Positions 8,684-18,622 of a stretch of DNA of 64,000 bases are shown here, piece after piece. Under the pieces are notes generated by a model that searched no databases, was not told the DNA's origin, and worked only from the letters and a program-made list of their open reading frames with translations. A program made the position numbers and the translations under genes. This stretch comes from Spirochaetales bacterium (GTDB lineage: Bacteria > Spirochaetota > Spirochaetia > JABEVK01). Within the stretch, counting starts at the first letter, position 1. Each line of letters starts with the position of its first letter. Where the stretch lies: assembly GCA_037142615.1 (NCBI GenBank), contig JBAXAI010000008.1, positions 69,799 to 133,798 of the forward strand, in the 5' to 3' direction.

Positions 8684-10617
8684 TGGAGGAACTCCTCTTC
8701 TTCGATCTCTTCGTACTTCACGGTGCGGATCAGGTTGCCGTCACGGACAAAGGTGACGCTGTTGTACTCGCGGATAATTTCGAGTTCGACATCGCGGATG
8801 ATGACGCGGGCACCGGGGTAGACCAACCCTGAGGAACAGATCTTTCCTTGGGTGGCCAATTCTTCCACTTCCTGACGGCGTTTCTCGAGCTGTTGGCTGA
8901 CTTTGGAAAGCTGGGCCCTCAGTTGGGCCGCTTTGGCGGTGAGGTCCTTTTTCATCGCGAGTTTGTCGGGAGGCAGGATTTTGATCACCCGTTCCTGCTT
9001 GAGCAGCGACTGCAGGTTGAGGTTGACCTGGCTGTAGGCCTTGTTGGCTTCTTCGGTCTGCTCGTTGAGCTTCTCCATTTCCTCTTTGACGCTTGGATCG
9101 ATGCCGACCTCGAGGACCGTTTCGCCCGAGCCGATGGCGCCGAGGCTGCTGGCATTGATTTCTTCGGTGGCCCGCAGGTACCCTCCGACGATCTTGGCAC
9201 GCTTTCCTTTGCAGAGAATCTTCTGGCCGGCGATGACGCGTGAGTGCAAAATACCGTCCGACACGATGACAAACATTCCCGCCTCGGCGGTGGCGTTTTG
9301 GATGAACTTGGAATAGATGTTTTGACCGGCGTCGACGCGCCCTTCCCCGCCGCCGTTGATGCCCTGGTGGACGATGATGTCGGCGTGGGTTTCGAGGACC
9401 GATTTGCCGACGTTGCCCAGCACCTCGATGTTGCCCACCGCCTTGACCGTAAACCCATCGGCCACGCTTCCCTTGACCAGGATGGAACCGAGGAAGTTGA
9501 TGTTTCCAACGGAGTTGTCGACGTCGCCGGGGATAATCATGACGGTCTCGACCGTGATTTTGCCCTGCAGGACCATGACCTGGCCATCGGCGCCGCTCAC
9601 CACGCGCAGGCCGTCCTTCGACAAACCGACGTTGTTGCCGAGTTCAAACACGACGTCACGGCCATCCTTGGCGGGTAGTGCCCGCCCGGTGACGGTGCGG
9701 CCGGGAACACCCTTCTGTGCGGGGTCCTTCTTGGCGAGTTCCTCGCCCTTGAGCACGTTGCGTATCGCGTTGAGTTCTTTGAAGTCGACCCGACCATCGA
9801 TCTCCTTGGGCCGCACTTTCATCTGCGTATCGAAGAAGTAGGTGATTCGGGCGTCATTGCCGTTCACGGCCCGCGTGCCCACGGCGACCACGATCTTCTG
9901 GTTGTAGACCGGCGAATCGACGAGAGCTTCCATTTCGGCGTCGAGCATGCCGTAGACCACGCCCTGGTTTTTGAGGTTGGCTTCGAGCTCTTCCACCGAC
10001 ATATCGGCCCCACCGGGCCCGCGCGGCCCGAGCGTCACAGTGGCCTGCATGTCGCCGTCCTGCAAGTCGATGTTCACCACGGTGTCGTTCATCGGGTTGT
10101 GGGCGTAGTCCGAAACCTTTCCGTAGGTCCCAGTTTGCAGTTTGACGGCGCCGCGCACCACCTGCCGGTTGATCTCCTTGACGCCATGGCTGTGTAGCTC
10201 CTGGAGCGCCATTTCCTCGCTGACCGGCTCGCCGGAACCAAGGGGAGCCGTCACCTTGAGGAAGACGCCCTCGGGCCACATCCGGACGAAGGCCCGTCCC
10301 GGTTCGATTTGCACCGCTGTGCCTTCCATACCGTCCAGGTCGGGCAGATAGCTCTCGTCGGTATCGCCCTTGAGTTTGCCCTTCTTTGCCGCCTCGTACG
10401 CCAGGATCGTCCAAGTCTTGCGACCCACGCCCAGCACCCCCGGGGCGCCTTTCTGCACGATGTCAAACTCGACCCTTTTGACGGGAACGGCCAATTCGAG
10501 GGCAGCCGAAGCCAGAGCATCCTCGAGGGAAGCTGCGCTCACCGACACCGACCTGATATTCCGGTCGTCCTCGGCCTTTTGGCGCATAAACTCCTTCAAC
10601 TGTTCCAGGGTGACCAT
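8680..10617 (-). CDS. fapA: FapA family (DUF342) protein with N-terminal Jag_N-like domain
   Basis: N-terminal LEDALASA..IVQKGAPGVLGVG; GRVDFKEL, GNINFLG and beta-helix repeats; C-terminal coiled coil. Confidence 0.82.
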   Translation of the reverse strand: MVTLEQLKEFMRQKAEDDRNIRSVSVSAASLEDALASAALELAVPVKRVEFDIVQKGAPGVLGVGRKTWTILAYEAAKKGKLKGDTDESYLPDLDGMEGTAVQIEPGRAFVRMWPEGVFLKVTAPLGSGEPVSEEMALQELHSHGVKEINRQVVRGAVKLQTGTYGKVSDYAHNPMNDTVVNIDLQDGDMQATVTLGPRGPGGADMSVEELEANLKNQGVVYGMLDAEMEALVDSPVYNQKIVVAVGTRAVNGNDARITYFFDTQMKVRPKEIDGRVDFKELNAIRNVLKGEELAKKDPAQKGVPGRTVTGRALPAKDGRDVVFELGNNVGLSKDGLRVVSGADGQVMVLQGKITVETVMIIPGDVDNSVGNINFLGSILVKGSVADGFTVKAVGNIEVLGNVGKSVLETHADIIVHQGINGGGEGRVDAGQNIYSKFIQNATAEAGMFVIVSDGILHSRVIAGQKILCKGKRAKIVGGYLRATEEINASSLGAIGSGETVLEVGIDPSVKEEMEKLNEQTEEANKAYSQVNLNLQSLLKQERVIKILPPDKLAMKKDLTAKAAQLRAQLSKVSQQLEKRRQEVEELATQGKICSSGLVYPGARVIIRDVELEIIREYNSVTFVRDGNLIRTVKYEEIEEEEFLQ

Positions 10618-10626
10618 TTCGGCTCC

Positions 10627-11415
10627 TTAGAAAATGCCCTTTCGGGCATTCATGAGGCGGGCCCGAAGGCGTGCTATGGCCTTGGTGTGCAACTGCGAAA
10701 CCCGTGACTCGGTGACTTCGAGCACCTTGCCGATTTCTTTCAAGGTCAGGTCTTCGTAATAGTAGAGGACGAGAACCTTCTTCTCTTTGTCGGGAAGCTC
10801 GGACATGGCTTCGATGATCACTTTTTTGATGGCCTCGCGCTCAACGAGGTTATCGGGGTTCATCGCCTGCGGCGACTCGATGCTTTCGACGATGCTGACC
10901 TTGTCGTTCTCGTCGCCGGTGTACCAGACATCGTTGAGACTGAGGACCGACGTTCCACTGATCTTGAGCATGGTGTCGTTGAAGTCGTCTTCGCTCATGC
11001 CCATTTCTCCGGCGATTTCCTTGTCGGAAACCTGACGGCCCAGTTTGCTCTCGAGGTGCACAATGGCTTCCTCGACCTCGCGCGACTTTTGGCGCACCGA
11101 GCGCGGTACCCAGTCGATGGCGCGAAGTTCGTCGAAAATCGCGCCACGGATGCGGGTCACGGCGTAGGTTTTGAACTTGACGTGCTTGGCCGGGTCGAAC
11201 TTGTCGATGGCGTCGATCAGGCCGAACACACCGAAGCCCACCAGGTCATCGTAGTCCACACTTTGGGGAAGACCCATGGCGACCTTGCCTGCGACGTAGC
11301 GAACCAGGGGAGCGTACTGCTTGATGAAGTTCTCGCGAAGTTTCGGGCTTCGCGTCTTTTTGTACTCCAGCCAAAGGTCGAGTTCCGACTTTTCATCCAC
11401 CACGTTATCTGCCAT
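10627..11415 (-). CDS. fliA: Flagellar sigma factor sigma28 (FliA/WhiG)
   Basis: FKTYAVTRIRGAIFDELRAIDWVPRSVR and LTLKEIGKVLEVTESRVSQLH motifs. Confidence 0.95.
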   Translation of the reverse strand: MADNVVDEKSELDLWLEYKKTRSPKLRENFIKQYAPLVRYVAGKVAMGLPQSVDYDDLVGFGVFGLIDAIDKFDPAKHVKFKTYAVTRIRGAIFDELRAIDWVPRSVRQKSREVEEAIVHLESKLGRQVSDKEIAGEMGMSEDDFNDTMLKISGTSVLSLNDVWYTGDENDKVSIVESIESPQAMNPDNLVEREAIKKVIIEAMSELPDKEKKVLVLYYYEDLTLKEIGKVLEVTESRVSQLHTKAIARLRARLMNARKGIF

Positions 11416-11427
11416 GTGCCTCGTTCC

Positions 11428-12078
11428 TCATGTTTTGTTCATCACGGACTTGACCGCTTTGGCGAGAATGGCAGGGTCCTGCTCCATCCCCTCCAAATCA
11501 GCGCCCCGGGAAGGCGCATAGACACTCGATGGTTCCGAAGGCCCCGATCCCCCGGATTCTGGCACATATTCCTCAATTCCCGGCGACTGGCCTCCAGCCG
11601 CAACCTCTTCACCACCCTCATCCCCTTCCGCCTGAGGGCGGAACGAGTTCAAGAACGAGCCGATCTCCTGCAGCGGTTCCTCGCCTGACGGTGCCGAGGC
11701 AGGGGCAGCTGCCGCCATTCCTGGCGTCGCCGGGATGAACGCCGGAGGCAACTCCTGGGGCGCATCATCGGCCGACTGCTCGTGAATTTCCTCCACGAAG
11801 GGTGCAGGCATGCTTTCGTCGTCGAGCACAATGTTCACCGACTCACCGAGCGAAGACGCCGCCTGCTGCTCCTCGGTCGCGGGGGCTGCCGGCTCAAACA
11901 AATCCGGAAGCTGACTGCGCAACAGGGCCTCGGCGCCGAGCGTCGCGCCTCCGAACACCACGCCCCACAAAAGGGCCCGAAGGAACACGTCCAAAAGAGG
12001 GATGCCCGAAACAAGGGCCACCAAAAAAGACAGCACGAAGCCAACGAGGGCGCCAATTCCGGCGGTCTGAAAGTTCAC
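11428..12078 (-). CDS. flgV: FlgV-like two-TM flagellar membrane protein
   Basis: Two N-terminal TM helices, acidic disordered linker, C-terminal DPAILAKAVKSVM; sits directly after flhG, like Borrelia FlgV. Homology recalled, not computed. Confidence 0.55.
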   Translation of the reverse strand: MNFQTAGIGALVGFVLSFLVALVSGIPLLDVFLRALLWGVVFGGATLGAEALLRSQLPDLFEPAAPATEEQQAASSLGESVNIVLDDESMPAPFVEEIHEQSADDAPQELPPAFIPATPGMAAAAPASAPSGEEPLQEIGSFLNSFRPQAEGDEGGEEVAAGGQSPGIEEYVPESGGSGPSEPSSVYAPSRGADLEGMEQDPAILAKAVKSVMNKT

Positions 12079-12103
12079 GTGCTGGTCCCCCCATTGTCCC
12101 TAT

Positions 12104-12132
12104 AGATTAGTCTCACCTCGATAGGGGGTCAA
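12104..12132 (-). promoter_or_regulatory. Internal sigma70 promoter for flgV-fliA-fapA
   Basis: TTGACC(12132-12127)-17-TAATCT(12109-12104); GGGGGG SD before GTG 12078. Confidence 0.55.
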
Positions 12133-13019
12133 CTCCCGAGCCGACCCAACAAACGGTTCAAGAACGTTCCTAGGCCGCTTCCTTCCTTGTATTCGACCTT
12201 TTCGAGACGACTGGCCAGGTTCATCAGGCTCTGAGCCGCCTTACCCTTGGGATCCACCGCCACAAAGGGTCGCTGCTTGAGCACCGAACTCTGCACCAAC
12301 GGGTCCTCGTAAATGAAGCCGAGGTAGTCGACTTTGATGTTCAGGAACTGGCTGGCGATGCTGATCACGCGCTCGGCGACTTTTTTTCCTTCGATGACAG
12401 AGTCGACGCGGTTAACCACCAGTTTAAGGCCCATGTTCGTGGTGTTGAACTCGGTGGCGATGATCTTGATGATCCCATAGGCGTCGGTGATGGCGGTTGG
12501 TTCGGGTGTGGTGATGATCAGGGTATCGTCGGCGGCGGCCACGAAATCGAGCACGTTGCGGCTCACCCCCGCCGAGGTGTCGATGATGAGGATGTCGGCG
12601 TCCTGCAACGTCATCAGTTCCTCGATGAAGGTCTTTCGTTCTTCGTCGTTCAGGTTGGCAATCTTGGTGAACCCCGAGGCACCGGCCACAAAACGGATGC
12701 CGTAGTCGGTCTCGGTGATGATTTCGCGCATCGTCTTCTGCTGGCGGATCATGTGGTAGAGCGTGTACTTGGGAATCACGCCCAGGATGACGTTGACGTT
12801 GGCCAAGCCGAGGTCAGCGTCGAGCAAGGTCACTTTCTTGCCCAGTTTGGCGAAGCTCAACGCGAGGTTGACCGCCATGTTGGTTTTTCCGACGCCACCC
12901 TTGCCGCTGGTGATGGTGATGATGCGGGTCTTCTTGGCTTCGCCGGAAACCGGAGCTTCGGTGGGTGTTCCCGGGTTGGACTTTACCAACTCGCGGAGTT
13001 TTTCTGCTTGATCAGCCAT
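12129..13019 (-). CDS. flhG: MinD-like flagellar number regulator FlhG/FleN
   Basis: MADQAEKLR, SGKGGVGKT, DADLGLANV and TTPEPTAITDAY motifs. Confidence 0.95.
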   Translation of the reverse strand: MADQAEKLRELVKSNPGTPTEAPVSGEAKKTRIITITSGKGGVGKTNMAVNLALSFAKLGKKVTLLDADLGLANVNVILGVIPKYTLYHMIRQQKTMREIITETDYGIRFVAGASGFTKIANLNDEERKTFIEELMTLQDADILIIDTSAGVSRNVLDFVAAADDTLIITTPEPTAITDAYGIIKIIATEFNTTNMGLKLVVNRVDSVIEGKKVAERVISIASQFLNIKVDYLGFIYEDPLVQSSVLKQRPFVAVDPKGKAAQSLMNLASRLEKVEYKEGSGLGTFLNRLLGRLGS

Positions 13020-14238
13020 GGTTTTCTTCCTTCAAGGCCTGTTTAAGATGTTCCGGCGAGAAGCCCACCAGAGGTTTAAGCAGCTTTTCCTTGCTGGCAC
13101 GGTGGATGTCCTGGGGGACCGACTGACCGTCGGTCAGAAACGAAACGGGTTTCTGTTTCTCCCACAACAACGAAAGGAGGTTTCCCACCACCGAGGTCTC
13201 GTCGAGTTTGGTCAGAACGACCGACTGATAGGCAAAGGGCTCAAACTGCTGGAAAATGTCGCGGATGTCCTTGGTCTTGGTGGTCGCGCTCACGGCCAGA
13301 TGCACCTCGCTCGAACGCCCGGTGCCTTCGAGCAGGCGTCGCATCTCGGCCAGCTTGACGAAGTCCTTCGGGCTCTTGCCGATGGTATCGATGAGGATCA
13401 TGTCTTTGTCACTGTCGAGTTCGATGCGTTGGCGCAGCGCATCGTAGCTTTCGATGCACGTTACCGGGATGCCCATGATCTCGCCGTAGCTTTCGATCTG
13501 CATTTTGGCTCCGATGCGATAGTTGTCGATGGTGATCAGGCTGAGCTTTTGGCGCTCGTTGCCCCCGAAGCCGAGCCCGTAAACCGCTGCCAGTTTGGCA
13601 ATCGTGGTTGTTTTTCCCACGCCGGTCGGGCCGACAAGAATGAACACGCGGGGCTTGCCGGCCTTTCGCTCCTGATGGATCTGAATGCCTTCGGCAATCC
13701 AGCCCAAGACCGTGGGTTCAACCAGCCCGGACTGCTCCAGTTGGTCCATGGTGAACTCTTTTTTGACCCGGTCGAGGATCATGCGCACGTAGGCAGGCGA
13801 GAACTCGTTGTCCTCGAGCAACGCCGTCAGGGCCACAATGGTGGGATGTTCCAGAAGTTTCGCTTGAGACTCGGCCGGGCTGATGCGGTCGGGAAGCTGT
13901 TCAATCTGGCTCTTGAGCGCCTTGAACTCCTCGAGCACGGCCTTCATCGAGTCGTCTTTCTTCTCGTCGGCCTGCGCCTGACTCTTGGCCTTGGCGGTGG
14001 CGAGGGCGAGGATTTTCTGCTTTTCGTCCTCGAGCCGAGCCTTGTCGGCCGCCGTAGGACCGGTTTCATGCTTGATGTAGCCCGACACTTCGATCTCTTC
14101 GCGTTGGAAGAATCCGAGAAACCCGCCCGTGGCGACGGTACGCTGACCGAGAATCTGGGCCTTGTCGCCGTAGCGGGCCTTTACCTTTTCGACGGTCTCC
14201 TGAAAGCTGTCACCGTTTTCCGTGAAGTACTGGTACAT
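13012..14238 (-). CDS. flhF: Flagellar SRP-family GTPase FlhF
   Basis: [29 protein letters not shown] and GQSVPQD motifs. Confidence 0.95.
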   Translation of the reverse strand: MYQYFTENGDSFQETVEKVKARYGDKAQILGQRTVATGGFLGFFQREEIEVSGYIKHETGPTAADKARLEDEKQKILALATAKAKSQAQADEKKDDSMKAVLEEFKALKSQIEQLPDRISPAESQAKLLEHPTIVALTALLEDNEFSPAYVRMILDRVKKEFTMDQLEQSGLVEPTVLGWIAEGIQIHQERKAGKPRVFILVGPTGVGKTTTIAKLAAVYGLGFGGNERQKLSLITIDNYRIGAKMQIESYGEIMGIPVTCIESYDALRQRIELDSDKDMILIDTIGKSPKDFVKLAEMRRLLEGTGRSSEVHLAVSATTKTKDIRDIFQQFEPFAYQSVVLTKLDETSVVGNLLSLLWEKQKPVSFLTDGQSVPQDIHRASKEKLLKPLVGFSPEHLKQALKEENHG

Positions 14239-16352
14239 TACTCAAGCCCCTCAATCCGCACGACGCCCACCGATTCGACCTGGATTCCCGGTGCGATTTC
14301 GGGGACCGAAAGCACCACCAGATCGGGGAGATCGCGCAAAGTACTGTTTTTGATCAGCGGACGGGCCGCTTCGCTGGCCAGGATCATGGGGTAGTACCCC
14401 AAGTTCTGAACGCCTCGGAAGGAGTTGCTCACGGCGTTGATCCACTTGCGCATGAGCTCGGGCTCGAGTGCCGCCACCGGGCCGGTCACCTGGTCGTGGC
14501 GGCTCTCGATGATCTTCTGTTCCAGGGTCGGGTCGAGGGTGAGTACGTGGAGTGTTTTGGTGTCATCGGCGTATTGCAGGCAAATTTGGCGTGAAAGCCC
14601 CTGCCGAACCTTTTCGATGAGGAAGGCCGCGTCTTTGGTCATGCCGCCGTAGTCGCCGAGGGTTTCGAGGATCACCACCATGTTGCGGATCGACACCTGT
14701 TCGAGCAACAGTCCCTGCAACACTTTCTGCAGTTCGCCGGTGCTGAACAGCTTGGTGACCTCGTCGACCACGGCCGGGTAGTCGGCCTTGACGCTTTCGA
14801 GCAGGCTCTGCACTTCCTGACGGCCGAGAATCTCACCGGAATGCTTCTTGATGACTTCAGTGAGGTGGGTGGCGATGATGCTGGGGCTGTCGACCACGGT
14901 ATAGCCCGCGCGCTCGGCCTTGTCGCGGTTCTCGTCGGTGATCCACAACGCCGGAAGTCCGAAGGCAGGGTCCTTGGTGGCCTCGCCGGGGATTTCCTCG
15001 CGCTCGCCCCCGGGGTTGATGGCCATGTAGTGGCCCATGCGGATGCTGCCCTTGCCGACTTCCATGCCCTTGATCTTGAGGCTGTATTCGGACGGTTCGA
15101 GGCGCATGTTGTCGATGATGCGGATGCGAGGCACCACCAAACCCAGTTCGAGCGCCGTTTCGCTGCGGATGCGGGTGACGCGCTCGAGCAACTCGGCGCC
15201 CTGTTCCTTATCGACCAAGGGAATCAAGCCGTAGCCCAGTTCGAGCGAAAGCGGATCCAGAGGCGCCACCGAAACCGGCCCCTTGCTGGCATCAGCCTTG
15301 GTGTCGGCCGACTTGCCGCTGGCGGCGGCTGTCGCATCGGCGGTGGCCTGCTGGTCCTTGCGGCTCAGGCTATAGCCGACGTAGGCCATCAGCGCGGCCA
15401 TGGGCAGCAAAATGTACCACGGAAACCCCGGGATGAGCCCCAGTACGACCAGAAAGCCGGCCGCGATCCAGTAGATTCGCCCTTGCGCCGTGAATTGCTT
15501 CAGCGCGTCGCTGCCGATGCTCTGTCCCGACGAACTGCGGGTAACCAGCAAGCCCGTGGCAAAACTGATCATCAGGCTGGGCAACTGGCTGACCAAGCCG
15601 TCGCCGATGGTCAGGCTGGTGTAGGTCGTGATGGCCGTGGCAAAGGGCTCCCCGTGGAACGTCATCCCCACAACCAAGCCGGCGATGATGTTCACAAAGG
15701 TGATCAAAAGGCCGATCTGCACGTTGCCCTGCACGAACTTCGAGGCACCGTCCATGGCACCGAAAAAGTCGACTTCCTGCTGCAGCTCGCTCTTGCGCTT
15801 GAGCGCCTCTTCCTCGGTGATCGAGCCGCTGGAAAAGCTGTTGTCGATGGTCATCTGCTTGGCAGGGAGGCCGTCGAGGGTGAAGCGCGCCGCGACTTCG
15901 GCGACACGGGTGGCGCCCTTGGTGATGACCAGGAACTGCACCGCCACGAGGATGATGAAAATGACGATACCGATGACCAGGTTGATCGGCGTCACCTTGT
16001 CGGCAGTCGCCCCCACCACAAAGGTGGCGAAGGCCTTGATCACGGCTCCGTCAAAATCACCGCCCTTGGCGAGGATAAGCCGCGTGGTGCTGATGTTGAG
16101 TGCCAGGCCAAACACTGTCGTCACAAGGAGTAACGTTGGGAACAGCGTGAAGTCGAGAACGCGCCGGGAGTAGATGACCACCAGCAAAATCAGGATCGAC
16201 AAGAGCAGGTTGAACGACAGGAGCACGTCGAGCAACAGCGTCGGCAACGGAATGAGCAGGGCCAGAATCACGCCGACCACACCGGCCGCGACAAAAGCGT
16301 CGGTTCGGTTGCCGGTGAAGGCCGTACGGAACACGCCGGTAAAATCACTCAT
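14238..16352 (-). CDS. flhA: Flagellar export gate protein FlhA
   Basis: FPTLLL, RVAEVAARFTLDG and FFGAMDGASKFV motifs. Confidence 0.97.
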   Translation of the reverse strand: MSDFTGVFRTAFTGNRTDAFVAAGVVGVILALLIPLPTLLLDVLLSFNLLLSILILLVVIYSRRVLDFTLFPTLLLVTTVFGLALNISTTRLILAKGGDFDGAVIKAFATFVVGATADKVTPINLVIGIVIFIILVAVQFLVITKGATRVAEVAARFTLDGLPAKQMTIDNSFSSGSITEEEALKRKSELQQEVDFFGAMDGASKFVQGNVQIGLLITFVNIIAGLVVGMTFHGEPFATAITTYTSLTIGDGLVSQLPSLMISFATGLLVTRSSSGQSIGSDALKQFTAQGRIYWIAAGFLVVLGLIPGFPWYILLPMAALMAYVGYSLSRKDQQATADATAAASGKSADTKADASKGPVSVAPLDPLSLELGYGLIPLVDKEQGAELLERVTRIRSETALELGLVVPRIRIIDNMRLEPSEYSLKIKGMEVGKGSIRMGHYMAINPGGEREEIPGEATKDPAFGLPALWITDENRDKAERAGYTVVDSPSIIATHLTEVIKKHSGEILGRQEVQSLLESVKADYPAVVDEVTKLFSTGELQKVLQGLLLEQVSIRNMVVILETLGDYGGMTKDAAFLIEKVRQGLSRQICLQYADDTKTLHVLTLDPTLEQKIIESRHDQVTGPVAALEPELMRKWINAVSNSFRGVQNLGYYPMILASEAARPLIKNSTLRDLPDLVVLSVPEIAPGIQVESVGVVRIEGLE

Positions 16353-17533
16353 GACACCACCGCCTTGGCTTTTCCGTTCACGCGGTAGATTTCCGCGAGG
16401 ATGCGACTGACCAATTCCCAGTACTCCTGGGGAATCTGGTCACCGATTTCAACGGCCGCGTACAGGGCCCGCGCCAGGGGCTTATTCTCGACAACAGGAA
16501 CCCCGGCTTCGGCCGCGACTTCCTTGATCCGCTGGGCGATCAGGTCCTGGCCCTTGGCAATGACGAGGGGGGCCGTCATGGTCGAGGAGTCCCATTGGAG
16601 TCCGATCGCGTAGTGGGTCGGGTTGGTGATGATCACGTCAGCCTTGGGCACGTTTTGCATCATGTTCCGCTTCAGGATTTCGCGCATCCGCTCGCGCAGG
16701 CGGCTGCGGATAAGGGGGTCACCTTCCTGCTGCTTGCGCTCTTCTTTGACTTCCTGAAGCGACATTTTGAGAGATTCGCGATGCTGATAACGCTGAAACA
16801 GATAGTCGGGAACCGCGAGAAGCAACATGACCACGGCACTCTGGATGATGATGTTGAGCGCGATCTTGAACAGCAGATCGACCGCGAGGGCGAAGGCAAC
16901 GTGAATGGTGTTGACCAGGTGCACCCACTCGCCCGAAATATTCACCCAAGCCACGGCAGCCAGGATGACCACCTTGACGATTTGCTTGAGGATGTTGAAC
17001 AGCGCCTCGGTCGAAAACAACGAACGCTTCAGCCACTGCCCGAACTTTGGCATGATGCGGGTGAAGTCCGGAATGATGGGCTTGAGGGTGAACAGAAGGC
17101 CTACCTGCAGCAGGTTGGCCGCCGCAGCCGCCACGAAGGCGACGCCCAGCACCGGCAGCAGCAGGCGAGCCATGTACTGGTAGAACGTACCCGCCAGCAC
17201 CTGACCGCCGGTAATGGGATCGAGCGTCATCGCTTGATTCAGGTAGTAGTGCATCATCTCGACCAGAGTCTGCCAGATGCTGGCCGCCAAAAATGCGACG
17301 GCAACGATCGGAACCAGCAACACCACGGCAGCCGTGATGTCCTGACTCTTGGCGACCTTGCCTTCCTCGCGGGCCTTGCGGATCTTGGCTTCGGTCGGAT
17401 CCTCGGTACGCCCTTCGTCTTCGGCAGCGAACCTCTGGAGGTCCCACGCGAAGCGCGTATCGGGCAGCGTCTGCCACGGGAACACCCTTTCGGGGAAGGG
17501 CACGGCAGCAAACAGGTCGGGCGTTCGCGTCAT
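16349..17533 (-). CDS. flhB: Flagellar export switch protein FlhB
   Basis: RTEDPT..KAREEG, EGDP and an intact NPTH autocleavage site. Confidence 0.96.
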   Translation of the reverse strand: MTRTPDLFAAVPFPERVFPWQTLPDTRFAWDLQRFAAEDEGRTEDPTEAKIRKAREEGKVAKSQDITAAVVLLVPIVAVAFLAASIWQTLVEMMHYYLNQAMTLDPITGGQVLAGTFYQYMARLLLPVLGVAFVAAAAANLLQVGLLFTLKPIIPDFTRIMPKFGQWLKRSLFSTEALFNILKQIVKVVILAAVAWVNISGEWVHLVNTIHVAFALAVDLLFKIALNIIIQSAVVMLLLAVPDYLFQRYQHRESLKMSLQEVKEERKQQEGDPLIRSRLRERMREILKRNMMQNVPKADVIITNPTHYAIGLQWDSSTMTAPLVIAKGQDLIAQRIKEVAAEAGVPVVENKPLARALYAAVEIGDQIPQEYWELVSRILAEIYRVNGKAKAVVS

Positions 17534-18339
17534 GGAAGTGCCCCTCTCAGGCCTGGGGGGGAAACGGCCTTGAAGAGGTCCTCGATGCTGTTGAAGCCGT
17601 TGTTGATCACCGACCCAAACGCCTCGATCAGGAAAGGCATGGCCAGCATCATCACCACGAAACCGAAACCGATGCTGATCGGGAAGCCCATCATCATCAG
17701 GTTCATCTGGGGTGCCGCTTTGCCGATAAGGCCGAGGGCCAGCGTGAGCAACAACAAGATGCCAAAAATCGGAAGGCTGAGCAGGAAAGAACGCTGGAAC
17801 ATCTCAGACAGGCCGTTGAGAAGTGTTGTGTTGACAAGTCCAGGCTGGGAAAGGAAATCGACCGCGCGAAGCGCCTTGAACGACTCCCAGACATTCACCA
17901 GGAACACCTGTTGGAAGCCCCCCGCTGAGATAAAAACCAGCATGGCCGAAAGGTTGAGGAACTGGCCCAGCACCGGCAATTCGATCTGCGCCAGCGGGTC
18001 GTACACTTCCGAGGCATTGAAGCCCATCTGCTGGGCGATGAACGTGCCTGACATCTGAAAGGCCGAATACACGAGCACGAGGAAGAAGCCTTGAAGCAGA
18101 CCCAGCAGCGCCTCGCCGATCAGAAGGCCCACGAAAGCCAGCCCGTTTTCGGGAATGGGATACCCGGACACTTGCATCCAGGGAAAAATCACCACCGACG
18201 TGAAGAACGCCAAACCGATGCGCACGGCGTCGGGCATGGCTTCGCTCGAAAACAACGGGGTCACTGCCAGCATGGCAAAAACCCGCACCAGAATGAGAAA
18301 GAAAAGATTCGCGTTCTGGGCAATGCTTTCGAGAAACAC
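17530..18339 (-). CDS. fliR: Flagellar export protein FliR
   Basis: Polytopic; QMGF..YDP and KAAPQMN motifs. Start reset to GTG 18339, after GGGAGG. Confidence 0.93.
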   Translation of the reverse strand: MFLESIAQNANLFFLILVRVFAMLAVTPLFSSEAMPDAVRIGLAFFTSVVIFPWMQVSGYPIPENGLAFVGLLIGEALLGLLQGFFLVLVYSAFQMSGTFIAQQMGFNASEVYDPLAQIELPVLGQFLNLSAMLVFISAGGFQQVFLVNVWESFKALRAVDFLSQPGLVNTTLLNGLSEMFQRSFLLSLPIFGILLLLTLALGLIGKAAPQMNLMMMGFPISIGFGFVVMMLAMPFLIEAFGSVINNGFNSIEDLFKAVSPPGLRGALP

Positions 18340-18352
18340 CCGACCTCCCGTT

Positions 18353-18622
18353 CTATTTGACCATGTTCGGAATCTGGTTGAAGATCCCGATGGTATAGGT
18401 TCGCAGCAGCGTGAACATCCAGGGCCCAAACACGACGAGGGCCCCGAAAATCGACAGGATCTTGGGAACAAACGACAACGTCTGGTCTTGAATTTGCGTC
18501 GTTGCCTGTAAAATCGAGATTATCAACCCAACGATGGTGCCCACGATCAGCACTGGCGCGACCAGCAGCAAGGTCTGGATGATGGCCCCGTTCATCAGCG
18601 ATACGGCTTCTCCGACACTCAT
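18353..18622 (-). CDS. fliQ: Flagellar export protein FliQ
   Basis: QATTQIQDQTLSFVPK motif. Confidence 0.96.
   Translation of the reverse strand: MSVGEAVSLMNGAIIQTLLLVAPVLIVGTIVGLIISILQATTQIQDQTLSFVPKILSIFGALVVFGPWMFTLLRTYTIGIFNQIPNMVK

Noticed and set aside
17555-17561. G7 run near the fliR 3' end
   Set aside because: Short and within the last ~10 codons; weak case for phase variation.
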